Below are positions 36,481-46,189 of a DNA stretch of 64,000 bases, in pieces. The notes under the pieces were generated by a model. That model was not told the DNA's origin and ran no database searches. It saw only the letters and a list, made by a program, of their open reading frames with translations. The position numbers were made by a program, and so were the translations under genes. The stretch lies in the NCBI GenBank assembly GCA_964627525.1, contig CAZVIA010000003.1, forward strand, positions 21,367-85,366, written 5' to 3'. The stretch is from an uncultured Gammaproteobacteria bacterium. GTDB lineage: Bacteria; Patescibacteriota; Patescibacteriia; Magasanikbacterales; JBBTQS01. Position 1 is the first letter of the stretch; the number at the start of each line of letters is the position of its first letter.

Positions 36481-39057
36481 TTAAGTAGTAGGTTCAGTAG
36501 GTTGAGCCTCACCCAATGTATCTGAAACACCAAGAGCAGAACGATCCATTACTTCTTCTGCAACAATTTTTCTGTCACGACCATATTTTATTCGTGACAA
36601 TTTAATTATACTTTTTGCATACTCTTCATTTTCTGGAAGAGGTGGTTCTGTTGCCATATTAAATGGTTTGGCAGCAGTGTTATCTATCAACAATTTAACG
36701 TATGCAGTAAATTTTTCTACATTAATTAAATCATAAGCATTAAACACAGGTGCAAATTCTTTTGCTAAAATTTCTGAATCATCAGGTCCAATTCTAAATG
36801 CACACATAGTACCAGCATTACCTAGCACAGCGTCACGAACAGAAGAATCTCCTTTGGTAGAATCTGAAAGCTGTCCCATATATTGGTGAGCCATTATTAA
36901 ATTCAAACGATATTTACGAGCTTCAGACAAAATTGTTGAAATTGAATCTGTAATAAAGTTTTGAAATTCATCAATATATAAATAAAAATCATGGCGTTTG
37001 TCTTCAGAAATATCAGCACGACCAAGCGCAGCCATTTGTAATTTGGCAACAATAATCAAACCTAACAGCTTTGCATTAACTTCACCAGTTGTACCTTTGG
37101 CCAAATTAATTAACAAAATCTTTTTCTTATCCATTATTTCGCGAAAATCAAAACCAGATTTATTTTGTCCAATAATATTTCTCATCATTTCATTTCCAAC
37201 AAAACGCCCAACTTTTGAAATCAAATAACCAAGTGTTTCTGATTTGTGGAAGTCAGAAGTTTTTGCCATTTCTTTTTCCCAAAAAGCACGCACAACAGGA
37301 TCTTTAACTTTTTTAACCCAACCTTGTGCAAAAGCATCATCTGAAAACATTCTTGGAATTTCAGCAATTGTTCCAGGTTCTTTGATATCCGCCATTAATG
37401 TAAGCATCACATTTCTCATTTGATGTTCAAAAATAGGGCCAATCATTTCAGCTCCAAAAAGTTTGTAAAAAATTGAAATCATTTCCTGCACAACAAAATC
37501 TTTTTGGTCTTCTGTTTTTGCTTCAAGCATATTCAAACCAACAGGACGATCCATGTCTGAAGGATTGAAAATAATTACATCATCTTTTCTTTCTTCTGGA
37601 ATATTAGCTAAAACATGCATTACCAAATCTCCATGAGGATCTAACACACAAACACCTTCGCCATTTTTAACATCTTGAATTATCATGTTTTCCATGTACA
37701 CAGATTTTCCAGAACCAGACTTACCAATAATGTACATGTGACGACGACGATCTCCACGTTTAATTCGTACAGGAGTTTTTTCATTTCTATATAAAGCTTT
37801 ACCCAAAAGCAAGCCTTCTTCTGGCATGTTTGAAGGTGGGGGAGCTTTACGCGCAGACAACCAATTAATATTTGGAGTTTCAGTTGAAGGCAAAGGCAAA
37901 TGCCACATGCTTGTAATTTCTTCTGTATTTAAAATTATGGTTTTATTATCATGAAAAGCTCGATAAATAAAATCTTCTATTAAATGTCCTTGACCTCGCG
38001 GAGCTAAAGCTGAAAAAGAATTTCCGTATTGATAATTATTAAATTGTGAAAATGCATTTAATAAAGAATCTAAGTGTTGGCGCGCAGTTGTGTCATTATC
38101 TGTAGCAACAACAATTCTAATGTTTACATCTAAGCCAGCTTTTGAAGACTTAGCTTCAATTCTTTTTACAATCTCTTCTTCAGTTGCATTCATTCTAAAT
38201 GAATCTGGTGTTGATTGCATTTGCTGCTGCTGATCTTTTTGCCCAGTACCCAAAGCTTGTCCAAGAGCATTTCCAGCACTACTGCTTCCAGCTCCACCTC
38301 CCATTAATCCCGCATGCTTTTGTCCTTTGTATCTTCCTTTTTGCATTTTCTTTGAAATCATGGAAGTTTGTGACCGCCATTTTTTCTTAGAACTTCTTAT
38401 CACAAACTGAATTGCTGCACCTTCTTCTTTTGCTAATTTGCTCAAGGGATTTGTTAGGCCAGACAAAGGATCGCTTTCAAGTTCTTTGTATGTTTTTAAT
38501 GTGTGTGAAAAATGTTTTTTAAAAACCAAATACGCACCAATAATTGAACTGTCTTTTTTGAAAAAATTATAATCCTCGGTTTCATCAATTTGTGCATTAG
38601 GATATTGTGCAAGAATTTGTTGTGTTAAAAATTGTTGCAGTTTATTTGGCACAACAATATAAAAAGAAATCAAACCTTTGTTCATCACCATTTCAAAACT
38701 AATGTGATCTGTTCTTCCACGCAACCATGTCATAAACCCTCTTTGTGCGCGCAAACCACCAATTGTTGCAAACAAAGTTTCAGCAACAGCAATATCTTGA
38801 CGTATTCCATCAATTGAAACCTCTTCTTGTTTGTCTTTTTCAGCTTTTTCTTTTGGAATGCGAACAAGCAAAGTTTTCATGTTCAAACTTACGTGTTTGC
38901 GAAATTTTTGTTTAAGAACAGAACGTAAAATAAACAAAGATCCAACACCTGCCAAAATGCTAGCAATTCCAATAATTAATGAGAATATTAAAACTTCAGT
39001 ACTTGTTCCACTGCTCGCATAATTAGCTTGAGTGGTTAGTGTTAATTGTAAAAACAT
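36481..39057 (-). CDS. VirB4/TrbE-like (DUF87 P-loop) type IV secretion / DNA-translocation ATPase
   Basis: Two N-terminal TM helices; Walker A IIGKSGSGKS at about aa 440; Walker B LYIDEFQNF; RKYRLNLIMAHQ resembles the RKxN...ATQ motif. Confidence 0.5.
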   Translation of the reverse strand: MFLQLTLTTQANYASSGTSTEVLIFSLIIGIASILAGVGSLFILRSVLKQKFRKHVSLNMKTLLVRIPKEKAEKDKQEEVSIDGIRQDIAVAETLFATIGGLRAQRGFMTWLRGRTDHISFEMVMNKGLISFYIVVPNKLQQFLTQQILAQYPNAQIDETEDYNFFKKDSSIIGAYLVFKKHFSHTLKTYKELESDPLSGLTNPLSKLAKEEGAAIQFVIRSSKKKWRSQTSMISKKMQKGRYKGQKHAGLMGGGAGSSSAGNALGQALGTGQKDQQQQMQSTPDSFRMNATEEEIVKRIEAKSSKAGLDVNIRIVVATDNDTTARQHLDSLLNAFSQFNNYQYGNSFSALAPRGQGHLIEDFIYRAFHDNKTIILNTEEITSMWHLPLPSTETPNINWLSARKAPPPSNMPEEGLLLGKALYRNEKTPVRIKRGDRRRHMYIIGKSGSGKSVYMENMIIQDVKNGEGVCVLDPHGDLVMHVLANIPEERKDDVIIFNPSDMDRPVGLNMLEAKTEDQKDFVVQEMISIFYKLFGAEMIGPIFEHQMRNVMLTLMADIKEPGTIAEIPRMFSDDAFAQGWVKKVKDPVVRAFWEKEMAKTSDFHKSETLGYLISKVGRFVGNEMMRNIIGQNKSGFDFREIMDKKKILLINLAKGTTGEVNAKLLGLIIVAKLQMAALGRADISEDKRHDFYLYIDEFQNFITDSISTILSEARKYRLNLIMAHQYMGQLSDSTKGDSSVRDAVLGNAGTMCAFRIGPDDSEILAKEFAPVFNAYDLINVEKFTAYVKLLIDNTAAKPFNMATEPPLPENEEYAKSIIKLSRIKYGRDRKIVAEEVMDRSALGVSDTLGEAQPTEPTT

Positions 39058-39058
39058 T

Positions 39059-39592
39059 TTATTTTCGTAAATTCAGAATTTTTTCAGCTTTGATTTTTGC
39101 TTTTTTTTCTAAGAAAAACTTATTGACTCCAGGTATCATCTTTAGCCAATTAGAAATAATAGATAATACTTTTTTAATTTTAACAACACCAGATTTTAAA
39201 ATTTGTCTTATTGTTGACGTAGCTTTTTCACCCTCAAGTTTAAATTCAGTTTGTTGTTCAGGACTCATTGTAAAATAAACTTCTTCTAAATCATCTTCTA
39301 ATATTTTTTCAATTTCTTTTGTGAGCTCGTCTTTTGGAATTTGAATTTGTTGAGTGGAAGTTTCTTGGGTTTGTGTTGTAGTTGTTGTCGGAGCTGGAGC
39401 TGGATCTAAAGTCGTAGTTTCAGTCGCAACTTCTTGTGTTAAATTTTCAACAATAGCTTCTGTTGTTTCTGTTTCAACTTTTTTGTCAGGTGTTTTAGGT
39501 AAAGCAAAACCACCCTTTTGTTCAGGATTTTTTTTCGTAACCTTTTCAGGTTTTGTTTTTGTATTTACCATATTTGCATTATACCAGTTCAA
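39059..39592 (-). CDS. hypothetical T/E-rich protein of 177 aa
   Basis: Low-complexity acidic, threonine-rich middle section; upstream of the VirB4-like gene with a 1-bp gap. Confidence 0.35.
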   Translation of the reverse strand: MNWYNANMVNTKTKPEKVTKKNPEQKGGFALPKTPDKKVETETTEAIVENLTQEVATETTTLDPAPAPTTTTTQTQETSTQQIQIPKDELTKEIEKILEDDLEEVYFTMSPEQQTEFKLEGEKATSTIRQILKSGVVKIKKVLSIISNWLKMIPGVNKFFLEKKAKIKAEKILNLRK

Positions 39593-39631
39593 GAAAAATT
39601 ATGGTATACTTATTTTATTAAAAAGCTGTGC

Positions 39632-40564
39632 ATGGCATCTAAATACATTCACACTTTAAAATTAAATAAAATTGATTGGGTGCATGTCACTAAATCTGAT
39701 CCAGAGATTTTGGAGGAGCTAACAGAGAAATTTGATTTAGATCCACAAGATGTACAAGAGGTGTTACCACCTAATCGTCGTTCAAAAATGGTCAAAAGGG
39801 AGGGCTATGTATTTTTGATTTTACATTTTCCTGTTTATAATCGTACAACTGGCAGAATGGTGAGCCATGAGTTGTACTTTTTTGTTACAAAAAACACATT
39901 GATCAGCATAAGTCCACAAGGCACTCCGGCTTTAACAAAAATTTATAAAGAAGTTCATGATGGTGATTGGCTTGATGAAGCTGGAAAGGCAAGTGAGTTT
40001 TTGTTGTGGATAATTCATGAATTATTAAATGAGGTGTTTCCAATGTTAAGGCATGTTGGAAATGATTTAGAGGAAATTCAGGATCAGATTTTTGAAGTAA
40101 AGCATAAGCACAAGAAAAATGTGCTGGAAATTTTGAGAATTAAAACAAACATTGTACTTGTAAAGCGTGCAATGCAACCACACAAAAATTTAGTGGAAAA
40201 ATTTGCTGATAATTTAAAGGGAACTGTTTTGGGTGGGGGAGTGAATTTGGAATATGAAACACAACACATTAGGGAGATTGCAGTTGAGTTGTGGCAGTTG
40301 TTGGCTTCTCAAGAAAGCACGATTAATGATTTGCACGAAACAAATGAGTCGCTGATTAATAGCCGAACAAATGATATTATGCGGACTTTGACGATTTTTT
40401 CTGTGATTGTTTTTCCTTTGACGCTGTTGGCTTCAATGTTTGGAATGAATACTGTGAATACTCCGATTGTTGGGCATGCAATTGATTTTTGGATGATTGT
40501 GATTGTGATGATTGTTGGAACTATTGGAATGATTGCGTTTTTCAGGGCGAAAAAGTGGATTTAG
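39632..40564 (+). CDS. corA: CorA-family magnesium/cobalt transporter
   Basis: Two C-terminal TM helices and the MFGMN signature. The internal Met at 39632 is taken as the start. Confidence 0.8.
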   Translation: MASKYIHTLKLNKIDWVHVTKSDPEILEELTEKFDLDPQDVQEVLPPNRRSKMVKREGYVFLILHFPVYNRTTGRMVSHELYFFVTKNTLISISPQGTPALTKIYKEVHDGDWLDEAGKASEFLLWIIHELLNEVFPMLRHVGNDLEEIQDQIFEVKHKHKKNVLEILRIKTNIVLVKRAMQPHKNLVEKFADNLKGTVLGGGVNLEYETQHIREIAVELWQLLASQESTINDLHETNESLINSRTNDIMRTLTIFSVIVFPLTLLASMFGMNTVNTPIVGHAIDFWMIVIVMIVGTIGMIAFFRAKKWI

Positions 40565-40674
40565 GTGGGGAAAATTTAATAATTATGCAAAAACATAAGC
40601 AGTTTAGCGACTGTTTGTTTTTATATTACCAACCATACGCTTTTATCGACACGTTTGTCTGTTTTGGAGTGGCT

Positions 40675-40703
40675 CTTGACAAAATCTTTAATTTGTGCTA
40701 TAC
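40675..40703 (+). promoter_or_regulatory. near-consensus sigma70 promoter, TTGACA-17-TATACT
   Basis: TTGACA at 40675-40680 and TATACT at 40698-40703. No ORF follows. Confidence 0.5.
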
Positions 40704-40709
40704 TAGTTT

Positions 40710-40902
40710 AGTCAATCAGGTGAAAGCCTTTATTGCTTGACCATGTTGGGTCAGGTGGGCAGAGATACGAAACCAGTCAAATGGGAGTAGGGTTTGGCCA
40801 CGGCATCAAAGGTGGAAAGCTGATTGTACTTTCCCGCTAGTTACAGGTCTGAAAACCTGGGCGGAAGAGGCGGTCTGAACATCGGATCGCCTATTTTTTT
40901 TT
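40710..40902 (+). ncRNA. candidate small RNA of about 190 nt, class unknown, with its own promoter and intrinsic terminator
   Basis: GC-richer than the flanks. Ends in an 8-bp stem (AGGCGGTC/GATCGCCT) plus T9 at 40868-40902. No ORF with an SD. Confidence 0.4.
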
Positions 40903-40914
40903 ATAAATTTTTAA

Positions 40915-41265
40915 TTTAAATAAAAAAGAAGGGGTTCCGTGGGAAAACCCCTTCTTTAATGCCTACTAGCTTTTCGTAGTGATAGTGATGGCATGCAGAG
41001 CTTCGTGTTACAGAAGGTCCTCACATCTACAAAAAGACTAGCTCAGCTAGGTTAGTAAGGGCTTGCTGCAGTATGACCAATGTATTTACTACACTTTCTC
41101 ACCCAAAGATAGGGTGCTCGCGGGATTCGAACCCGGGCTGCAGGGCTGATCAGGCCAACACCCAATCTCTTCCTCCGTTAATCGTCGCGCGGTTTCCAGT
41201 GGCAGACTGATGATAAGATAGCATGTTGGGTTTGGGTGTGCAAGAGGTGTGGGTTTTCAAGAAAT
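40915..41265 (-). ncRNA. candidate structured RNA on the minus strand containing a tRNA-like T-arm (GGTTCGAATCC); possible tmRNA-like or other RNA
   Basis: GC-rich in an AT-rich genome. The minus strand reads ...CCCGGGTTCGAATCCCGCGAGCACC... A perfect 11-bp hairpin (AAGAAGGGGTT/AACCCCTTCTT at 40926-40956) followed by a T-run on the minus strand acts as its terminator. Confidence 0.35.
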
Positions 41266-41317
41266 AGTTTTTTATAGTAAGATGCAGAAGGAGTTAAACT
41301 TGGGGAGGGTGTTTCAG

Positions 41318-41545
41318 ATGACGAGGTATTTTTTGGTTTCTTTGGCAATGGTGCTGATTGGTCTTGGGTCTGTTGTTGTAGATCGATTCTATGGTGTTTC
41401 ACCTTTTCCAAGTGGAGCACTGGCTGGTGGCGGTGTTGCTTTGGTTTTGGTTGGGTTTTGCAGTGCGGCGGCAATACTAAAGATGGTGGTAGCTCGTGAT
41501 CGTGACGCCCGTACAAATCGTGTAAATGAGGAAACACGGACTTGA
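41318..41545 (+). CDS. GC-rich small two-TM membrane protein of about 75 aa
   Basis: GGAGGGTG SD followed by the ATG at 41318. It encodes MTRYFLVSLAMVLIGLG... GC is about 50%. Confidence 0.4.
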   Translation: MTRYFLVSLAMVLIGLGSVVVDRFYGVSPFPSGALAGGGVALVLVGFCSAAAILKMVVARDRDARTNRVNEETRT

Positions 41546-41659
41546 ACCTATGCATAACAGCATAAACAAACTCCATGTTGGCGTCCTTGAGAGGGGAGGG
41601 TCAGTATGGAGTTTTGTGATTATTTGGGGCGGTGGTGTTTTGGTCAATTAATTAAAAAA

Positions 41660-41980
41660 TTAGTCCCACAATGTCCCGTCCAGCCCTAAAACAATACCTA
41701 ACCAAAGTGCGACGATAAAAGCTAATGCGCTAAATAAAAAAACCAAAAAAATTGTTAATTTCTTTTTGGGGCGAATAAAGTTTTTAAGATAAAAAGATAA
41801 AATACCCAATGCTCCAGCTAGGGGTGTAATAATTAAAGGTCTGATTTTCCAGAGTTTTCCCCAATTTGGATCTGGTTCATCAACTGAAAATACAAGAAGA
41901 GAAATAATAATCAAACCTATTACTGCGCCTAGGAGCATTCTTTTAAGTAGTGATTTTGGGCTTGGGGGTTGTGGGGTCAT
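41660..41980 (-). CDS. small membrane protein of 106 aa
   Basis: Three predicted TM helices. Confidence 0.45.
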   Translation of the reverse strand: MTPQPPSPKSLLKRMLLGAVIGLIIISLLVFSVDEPDPNWGKLWKIRPLIITPLAGALGILSFYLKNFIRPKKKLTIFLVFLFSALAFIVALWLGIVLGLDGTLWD

Positions 41981-42129
41981 AAATCATTCTCACAAATCTA
42001 TTAACAAATTTTCCCTAAATTTAACCAAAAAATTTAATCATTCTAAAAACTTGACATTGTTATTTTGTTGTGTTAATGTTTTATGTCACGAAAGGTTTGT
42101 GGCAACTCTTTAAAAGAAGGAGGATAAAG

Positions 42130-42582
42130 ATGTCATTTGATCGGGCAAATATTGACCGTGCCATTGTGATGACTCAGTATGATTTGCGTGGTTTTCTTAG
42201 TCCTCTGGGTTTTAGGTATAAGGAGCACACACCTAAGACGTTGGATGCAACAACATGCAATCTTGTTGCTTTTGCTATTGGGTTGGGTAAAGATGATAAA
42301 ACACAATTGACTGAAAATGATTATGTAGATTATTTTACTAGTACTTATGATGAGTACCTTGCTATGTGTAAGCGGTTGGTTGAGGTTTGCGACTGTTCGC
42401 AGAAGGAGGCAATCCAACTGATCATCCAAGATATTGTTAGGCGTAGCAACCAAATGAAGGTTGAAGTTGCTGATGGCGATATGGAACCCTCTCCGTACCT
42501 TTTGCCTCTTTCCAAGGACAATCGTTGGGGAAGGGCAATTTGTGTCTTGGCTGAAGTATTTGAGGTTGACATCAGTAAATAA
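42130..42582 (+). CDS. hypothetical protein of 150 aa, GC-richer than its surroundings
   Basis: Strong SD GAAGGAGGATAAAG followed by the ATG at 42130. Confidence 0.5.
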   Translation: MSFDRANIDRAIVMTQYDLRGFLSPLGFRYKEHTPKTLDATTCNLVAFAIGLGKDDKTQLTENDYVDYFTSTYDEYLAMCKRLVEVCDCSQKEAIQLIIQDIVRRSNQMKVEVADGDMEPSPYLLPLSKDNRWGRAICVLAEVFEVDISK

Positions 42583-42656
42583 ACAATTTTAACTCTCTGT
42601 CTTAACACCCTAACAAGAAGCTTTGTGCTGTCTGAGTGCAGTCAAGGTTTCTTTTT

Positions 42657-44165
42657 TTAAACTCTCCCCAAAACCTGCCCATTCTCACCATCCTTAACAT
42701 CCCAACCTTTTTTCTTTAACAAATCCCGCAACTTATCAGAACTTTCCCAATCTTTGTTTGCACGAGCTTTGGCACGCTCATCCAAAATCTTTTGCACATA
42801 TTTTGGAATTTCGCCAGCACTAATAGCCCCACCACTGCCACTACCAGATCCAATCCCAGCCCCACTGCTGGGGTTTTTTATTTTATTTAATAAATTCAAT
42901 CCCAACACATCGTCCAAAATCAAAACCGTAGCAACAACTTCAGGATTTACATCACCAGATTTTCCAAGAGCTTTCCAAATAAATCCCAAAGCCTTAGAAG
43001 TGTTTAAATCATCATTAAAAGATTTTATAACTTGTTTGTACAGTGTTTCATCACGTTTAGACGCTGGCTTAACCAAACTTAATCGAGCAACTAATTTTTC
43101 TAAACCAGCTTTTGCACCATCTAAAGCATCCCAAGAAAAACTAATCTGCTTGCGGTAATGAGTTTGTAACAAAAAATAACGATAAGTCAAAGCATCATAA
43201 CCTCGCTCAATCACATCATTTAAAGTAATAAAATTCCCAGCAGATTTTGCCATTTTGGTTTCAGCCTCAGTTTTAGAATCATCCTTAGCCCCCGCTCCAG
43301 CACCACCACTAATAACAACAAACTCATTATGCATCCAAAACCGCGCAAACTCTTTACCAGTCGCACTCTCACTTTGTGCAATTTCATTTGTGTGATGAAT
43401 TGGAATATGATCAACACCACCGCAATGAATATCAATTGTCTGACCCAACTCTTTCATTGCCATTGCAGAACATTCAATATGCCATCCAGGAAAACCTTTA
43501 CCCCAAGGAGAATCCCATTCCATTTGTCGTTTTTTCGCTCCAGCCTTAGCCCCACCAGCCCCAATAACATCAGAAAATTTCCACAAAGCAAAATCAGTCG
43601 CACCACGCTTTTCCTTAATATCAACACGCGCGCCTTCTTGAATTCCTTTTATATAATCAGCCCCAGCCAATTTTCCATAATCAGCCAACTTAGAAGTATC
43701 AAAATAAATTCCATCAGAAGTTTTATATGTAAAACCTTTTTCCTCCAAAACTCCAACCAATTTAATTTGTTCCTTAATATAATCAGTGGCACGAGTAAAT
43801 TTTGTTGGCTCCAAAATATTTAAATCCACCAAATTTTGTTGAAAAGCCTTAAAATAAAATCTAGACAATTCCCAAACATCCTTTTTCTCTTTCAAAGCCG
43901 CGCGCTCCAACTTATCTTCACCATCATCTGCATCATCTGTTAAATGCCCAACATCTGTGATATTCATCACATGTTTTACTTTAAATTTATTCATCAGCAA
44001 AACTCGTTTTAAAATATCTTCAAAAATATAACTGCGCAAATTTCCAATGTGCGCATAATTATAAACAGTTGGTCCGCAAGTGTATAAATTTATAGTCTTA
44101 CCTTTCAAAGGTTTGAAAGTTTGCTTTTTGCGTTTGAGTGTGTTGAAAAGTTTTAATTCCATATG
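42657..44165 (-). CDS. cysS: cysteinyl-tRNA synthetase
   Basis: CGPTVYNYAHIGNLRSY (HIGH) and KMAKSAGN (KMSKS). The start is probably the internal MELKLFN; the annotated upstream extension is not conserved. Confidence 0.85.
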   Translation of the reverse strand, partial: HMELKLFNTLKRKKQTFKPLKGKTINLYTCGPTVYNYAHIGNLRSYIFEDILKRVLLMNKFKVKHVMNITDVGHLTDDADDGEDKLERAALKEKKDVWELSRFYFKAFQQNLVDLNILEPTKFTRATDYIKEQIKLVGVLEEKGFTYKTSDGIYFDTSKLADYGKLAGADYIKGIQEGARVDIKEKRGATDFALWKFSDVIGAGGAKAGAKKRQMEWDSPWGKGFPGWHIECSAMAMKELGQTIDIHCGGVDHIPIHHTNEIAQSESATGKEFARFWMHNEFVVISGGAGAGAKDDSKTEAETKMAKSAGNFITLNDVIERGYDALTYRYFLLQTHYRKQISFSWDALDGAKAGLEKLVARLSLVKPASKRDETLYKQVIKSFNDDLNTSKALGFIWKALGKSGDVNPEVVATVLILDDVLGLNLLNKIKNPSSGAGIGSGSGSGGAISAGEIPKYVQKILDERAKARANKDWESSDKLRDLLKKKGWDVKDGENGQVLGRV

Positions 44166-44226
44166 CATATTGCTATGTGTATATACTAACACAACAAATA
44201 TATTTTGTGGTATACTATTTTCATCT

Positions 44227-45315
44227 ATGGGATTATTTTCAAAATCAAATGAACATGTTTTAGGTGTAGATATTGGTGCTGGTGGAGTAAAAATGGTTGA
44301 GCTTGTAAAAAGTGGCAAGCGACCAAAACTTTTTACTTATGGAATTGCAAATGCAAGTGCGCCAATTATCCACATGCAATCTGAAACTCCTGAAGAAGAG
44401 GAAAAAGCTATTGGTTTACAAGCTACGCGTTTGCGTAAGGTTTTTGATGCGTCAAAATGTCAGGCAACAAAAGCTGCAGCTAGTATTCCTGTGTCGCATG
44501 TTTCTAGTCTAATGGTAAGAGTTCCAGAAGGTGAGCCAAAAACAATGCAAGAGCAAGCAGAAGCTCAAGCAATAAAATTATTACCATACCCTGTGGAAGA
44601 AATGGTTTTGGACACAAGAATTATGAAAGAGCGAATGGCGGATCTTGGTGAGAAAAAATCTAAAAAAACACGTGAGGTAATGGTTGTGGCAACTTTAAGT
44701 AAAATTGTTGAGCGTTACAGTAAAATTTTTGCAAAAGCAAATATTCCTTTGGACAGTTTAGAAACAGAGGCTTTTGCTTTGGTGCGTGCTTTGGTTGGAA
44801 ATGATCCATCAGCTGTTATGATTGTGGATATTGGAACTGAACGTACAAATTTTTTCATGGTAGAGCGCGGAATTCCAAGAACACAAAGAAGTATAAGTTT
44901 GGGTGGGGCTACTTTTACAAAAACTATTCAGGAAATTGTGCAAGTGGAAAAAGATGAGGCAGAGCAAATTAAAAAAGACTTAAGTAGATCTGAAAATCCT
45001 GATGCGCAAAAAATTGTTCGCGAGTTGTTGGATAGAAGTTTGAAACCAATAATCAAGGAAATTGATTATGGTTTTATGTTATTTTCAGAACAAATCCATC
45101 GCAAAAATACCAAACCAGAGAAAATTATCTTAACTGGTGGTAGTTCTGGAATTCCACAACTTGGTCATATGCTTGAACAAAATTTTCAGATCAAGTCATA
45201 TATTGGAGATCCATGGGCACGTGTTTTGCATGCAAGTGATTTAAAACCAGTTTTGCATAGTATAGGTCCGAGAATGAGTGTAACACTTGGGTTGGCAATG
45301 CGTTTGGCGATGTAA
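44227..45315 (+). CDS. pilM: type IV pilus assembly ATPase-fold protein PilM
   Basis: VLGVDIGAGGVKMVEL actin-like N-terminus. The internal Met start is at 44227. Confidence 0.7.
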   Translation: MGLFSKSNEHVLGVDIGAGGVKMVELVKSGKRPKLFTYGIANASAPIIHMQSETPEEEEKAIGLQATRLRKVFDASKCQATKAAASIPVSHVSSLMVRVPEGEPKTMQEQAEAQAIKLLPYPVEEMVLDTRIMKERMADLGEKKSKKTREVMVVATLSKIVERYSKIFAKANIPLDSLETEAFALVRALVGNDPSAVMIVDIGTERTNFFMVERGIPRTQRSISLGGATFTKTIQEIVQVEKDEAEQIKKDLSRSENPDAQKIVRELLDRSLKPIIKEIDYGFMLFSEQIHRKNTKPEKIILTGGSSGIPQLGHMLEQNFQIKSYIGDPWARVLHASDLKPVLHSIGPRMSVTLGLAMRLAM

Positions 45316-45332
45316 AAATAAAAACAAAGGCT

Positions 45333-45686
45333 ATGTCAAAAATATTATTTGTTGAGCCAGATAAATTTTTAGCAGAAATTTTACAAAAAAAATTGGAATT
45401 AGAAAACCATCAGGTGCATATTGAGCCAAGTGCCAAGCGCATGGTGGATTATTTAAAAAAGAAAGTTCCAGATATAATAGTTGTGGATAATAGTGTTGGC
45501 GCAGTAGAGGTTTTGGAAAATTTGTCTGAAAATACAAAATTTAGTAAGATTCCAGTTGTGGTGCAAGCTCCACATATGAGTAGGGAAGAGATAAAACAAA
45601 TTTATGATGCTGGTGCTGTTTCAATAATAATTTCAACGCAAGCAACACCAACAGAAATTGTTAAACAAATTACAAAACATATTTAA
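45333..45686 (+). CDS. single-domain receiver-like (CheY-fold) protein
   Basis: ILFVEPD...IIVVDNS pattern; possibly a pseudo-receiver. Confidence 0.5.
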   Translation: MSKILFVEPDKFLAEILQKKLELENHQVHIEPSAKRMVDYLKKKVPDIIVVDNSVGAVEVLENLSENTKFSKIPVVVQAPHMSREEIKQIYDAGAVSIIISTQATPTEIVKQITKHI

Positions 45687-45692
45687 AAAAAT

Positions 45693-46163
45693 ATGATGAA
45701 TAAGCGCAAAAGCAAACGAAAAGGTTTTACATTGATTGAATTATTAGTAGTAATAGCTATTATCGGGATTTTGGCGACTCTCGCTGTGGTGGCTTTGGGC
45801 CAAGCAAGAGAGCAAACTCGGGATAAAGTTAGGATTGCAGATTTAACAATTGTTCATGCAAATCTTGAGTTGTTTTTTGCAAATAAAAAAGAATATCCAC
45901 GAGCAGATCAAGTTGTATCAATTGGAGTTGGGGAGTATAGATTGATTTGTGATGATGAAGCCGATGGTTTTGCAATAAATAATGAGGATTGTGTGGATAC
46001 AGATTTGGCAAGTATAATTCCAGTGGCTCCTAATGGTACTGGGTCGTATCAATACGAATCAAAAGAACCGTACACAAGTTATAGTGTTAGTGCGACTTTG
46101 GAAGGTGAAATTGATGGTTTGACTGGAACAGTGCGAATTGGTCCTGGAGGAGTTATACAATAA
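45693..46163 (+). CDS. type IV pilin / pseudopilin
   Basis: Class III signal KGFTLIELLVVIAIIGILA. Confidence 0.85.
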   Translation: MMNKRKSKRKGFTLIELLVVIAIIGILATLAVVALGQAREQTRDKVRIADLTIVHANLELFFANKKEYPRADQVVSIGVGEYRLICDDEADGFAINNEDCVDTDLASIIPVAPNGTGSYQYESKEPYTSYSVSATLEGEIDGLTGTVRIGPGGVIQ

Positions 46164-46189
46164 TTTTGGTTTAATTTTGGGCGAAATTT

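Noticed and set aside
40710-40902. Cobalamin riboswitch assignment for the plus-strand sRNA
   Set aside because: There are only faint resemblances (GGUGAAAGCC and GCCACGG against the B12-box GCCACUG), no downstream regulated gene, and not enough conserved positions.
40915-41265. Calling the minus-strand RNA a canonical tmRNA (ssrA)
   Set aside because: The T-arm and 3' acceptor-like sequence are present. However, I could not find the complementary 5' acceptor strand or a tag reading frame ending in a typical A-rich C-terminus plus stop. A terminator also lies 200 nt beyond the putative 3' end.
41178-41576. 132-aa minus-strand ORF across the structured-RNA region
   Set aside because: Its His/Pro/Gln/Lys-rich product is consistent with chance translation of GC-rich RNA-coding DNA, and it overlaps the better-supported plus-strand small membrane ORF.
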